Position numbers and translations under genes: made by a program
Shown: one piece after another, positions 54,250 to 56,768 of the stretch
How the letters are laid out: every line of letters starts with the position of its first letter
Numbering within the stretch: position 1 is the stretch's first letter
Notes under the pieces: model-generated
Seen by the model: the letters and a program-made list of their open reading frames with translations, nothing else
Database searches by the model: none
What the model was told of the DNA's origin: nothing
Source: Chromera velia
Lineage: Eukaryota
NCBI GenBank assembly: GCA_018398765.1
Contig: JAHBMJ010000133.1
Coordinates: 1 to 56,768, forward strand
Direction: 5' to 3'
DNA: 56,768 bases

Positions 54250-55337
54250 CTCTCTTTCTCTCTCTGTGTGTGTGAGTGTAAGTGTAAGTGTAAATGTGTG
54301 TGTAACTGTGTGTGTGTGTGTGCGTGCGAGTGTGTGTGACTCTTCTTCTGCCTCTCCCGGCTGTCTTGTCGCGCTGTCCATCTTTGAAAAGAAAGAAAAA
54401 GATGTAGAAAAAACAGTTGCGTAGTCTGTCAGCCCGTCTACACGTGGGTCTATCTGTCGTGAACATGCAAGAGGGATGTGTAAGTTAGTCTTGCTTGCTC
54501 GTTTTCTTGCTGCTTTCTCGTCGCTTTCGCTCTTCCGTTTTGTTGTTGCTCTCGTTCTTTATGGCTTTTCTTCTGCTATTTTCTTTCCTTCTCCTTTGCT
54601 TCCTTTTTTTCTTTTCTTTGATGCTGTCTTGCTCTCTTTCCCCCCTTTTCCCCCGCCTCGTCCTCCATTTACTGTCATTCCTTCCATGGGTCTGTGCACT
54701 TGTCTAGGCACTTGTCTTACTCAGACTTGCTGGCTCTTCTTTTTCTCCGCGTCTGCCTTACTTGGTGTCTTTTTGTTTTGCTGTTTCTGTGTTCGTGTCC
54801 GTAGGCCCCTGGCTGTGTGTACTTTTTTGTACATTTGTTTTTGTTTGTGATCCACGTCGGTGTTCTTGATTCTCGACCTTTGCGCATGTAAGTCAGACTA
54901 GAAGTCAGATCTGTTACAGTACGTGTACTACGTGACGTGGGCTCTATGTGTCTGCGTCATGCAGTCTGGCTAGCAGTCTGGCTGCCGTCGACTGCCGAAG
55001 CCTTACCATCTTTGTTTCCTGTAGGTCTAGGCCGTCCACTGTAACATTGAAGACAAAAAAAAAGAGATCATTTTTTTTTTACTATTATTTTAAATATATA
55101 CATCGCTGGTTATTTTTATTTTCTTTTTCTAGTTCTTTTTGTTTTCACGCATGTATATCTAGTTTCATGCGATAAATTTATTATTCTATACATTGTTTTT
55201 ACAATCTTTTTTTGTATCTCCACCTGTCTCCACTCATCATTATCATACGCCATCAGCTTATAAATAGGCGTCTAGCGTTCGGTGGCAATGCACACACGTG
55301 GCAGTTCGGTTTTTTACAACAGCAGTTCATTTTGATT
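53079..55337. repeat. Apparently identical tandem duplication (offset 1132 bp) separated by a single N at 54206; probable assembly overlap
   Basis: Identical ORF translations at 53344/54476 and 53816/54948. Junction is an N next to a (CT)n tract. Confidence 0.9.
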
Positions 55338-55517
55338 TGTACTTAATTCAAACCAGTATGCTTCTTTTCAAACTTTTCTACTTCCGGAGCACTATGCTTA
55401 CGCAATCTTGCGCATGAATAATGCTGTGTGGGACTGGCTTAGCGTCTAGGACGGGCGACGCGCCATGCACCGTGGCTTGCGGAGTGGCGGCGCCGCGAGG
55501 CACGCGCATGAATGGTG

Positions 55518-56692
55518 CTAGGCGTGGTTTATACATACATATATACATTAAATTCTGTCGATCAAGAATGTATGTATGTATATATATAATGTATGTAAAC
55601 TAATGTTGTAAAAGTTATTTTTAAAACTAAATTCCTGATAATGCCTAGGACAGTGCCAGTTAAGTTCCTACTCAAGTTTATACAGTCAGTTTAGTAGCTG
55701 ATCTATTACCAAACTAGTGACAATTTAACATTGACAAACAAGGAGAGGACTTATATACTGCCAGTGAGCTAGACCTGAACTAGAAATTAAATTTAATTTA
55801 GTTTTTTTAGCTAAATACTTCATATAAAAAGCTGACATAAAAACTTATTATTAAAAAGTTCAAGTAGGAGTCACTACACTGTAGGATAGCTGACAGTATG
55901 GTTTCAAAGCAAAAAAAACGGACACTCCATCGATGGATTCGGTTTTTCATACATAACGAAGAGCCTCCAACTTCATTGATCTGTTCTTAGGTTCCAAGAA
56001 AACTCCTTTTAATAGTCGGATGCTACTTGCCGACTTCATAACATCAATAATTCCCAATTATTCCAGGACCTCTGTCGCTGCTCTCTCCTCCTGTCATCGT
56101 TTTTTTTCCTTTCTCCTACCTTCTGCATCAATAGCTATAGCTGTAGCTGCAGCTGCAGAGGCTGCAGTAGGCTGAGCACTCATCAGTGGCTGCACATCAT
56201 CTCTCTCCGTCTTCATCCATACAATGGTCTTCTCCATCAAAATAGAAGCCTCATAGTCACTGTCACCAGGCCCGCCCACTCTGACTTTATCTGATCGCGT
56301 TGCCTTGGCTAGCTAAAAATTTTTATAAGCAGCGCCGCTGCGCCAGTCAAGTTTGAGTCTCTCTGCCACTTCTGTTCTGTATTCAAGATGAGACCAATCG
56401 ATTCGAGCTCTCTCTCCTGCTTAAGCACAACCAGCCGCCCAAACTTGTCCTTCCCCCCTTCTTCTTCTGCGTTGACTTTGATTAGCACAAGGCGAGACTC
56501 TTCTTCTTTCTTACCTTCTCCGTCTGTCACCATCCATGGCTCCCAGTCTTTATCAGACTCTGAATCCGATTCCCTCTGTGTTACCTCTGTTACTATTTTT
56601 TTGAACATAATCTTTATATACATTGTGTATACATTATATTCTCTAAGTGCAGAATGTATGTAAGAATGTATGTATGTATAAACCACGCCTAA
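55518..56692. mobile_element. Non-autonomous TIR DNA transposon (1175 bp) with an 8-bp TSD
   Basis: 23-bp perfect inverted repeat TAGGCGTGGTTTATACATACATA (55519-55541 and 56669-56691). Terminal base is C on the left and mismatched on the right. Flanks GAATGGTG (55510-55517) and GAATAGTG (56693-56700). Confidence 0.8.
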
Positions 56693-56768
56693 GAATAGTG
56701 TTGCATGTTGTCATGTAATATTCTAACGTGGCCTAACATCAGAAAGGATCAGTCTGCCTGCATGCTTG

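Noticed and set aside
53079..55337. 1.13-kb tandem duplication as a biological event
   Set aside because: The copies look identical and meet at a single N beside a (CT)n tract, typical of unmerged contig overlap

Overview
Intron-rich eukaryotic genomic DNA with GT-AG introns and abundant (CA)n/(GA)n/(AAAG)n/(GACA)n repeats. An alveolate (chromerid/apicomplexan-like) origin is inferred, not proven. Contents in order: (1) 3' part of a modular type I PKS on + (AT-DH-degenerate ER-KR-ACP, then KS-AT-ACP) ending in a condensation (HHxxxD) domain; (2) about 6.5 kb of simple-repeat intergenic DNA; (3) a 1.2-kb TIR element with an 8-bp TSD; (4) a four-exon STN1-like OB-fold gene on - that the ORF track does not reveal; (5) a possible decayed chromodomain-like gene; (6) a large Upf1-like SF1 helicase gene on - with an RGG/Q-rich N-terminus and three dsRBD-like domains; (7) a DHHC palmitoyltransferase; (8) two weakly supported hypothetical genes; (9) ribosomal protein eL24; (10) a 1.13-kb duplication across an N (probable assembly artefact); (11) a second TIR element sharing CTAGGCGT termini and an 8-bp TSD. 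All gene models were built by eye from splice signals, reading-frame phase and remembered motifs. No database searches were run.
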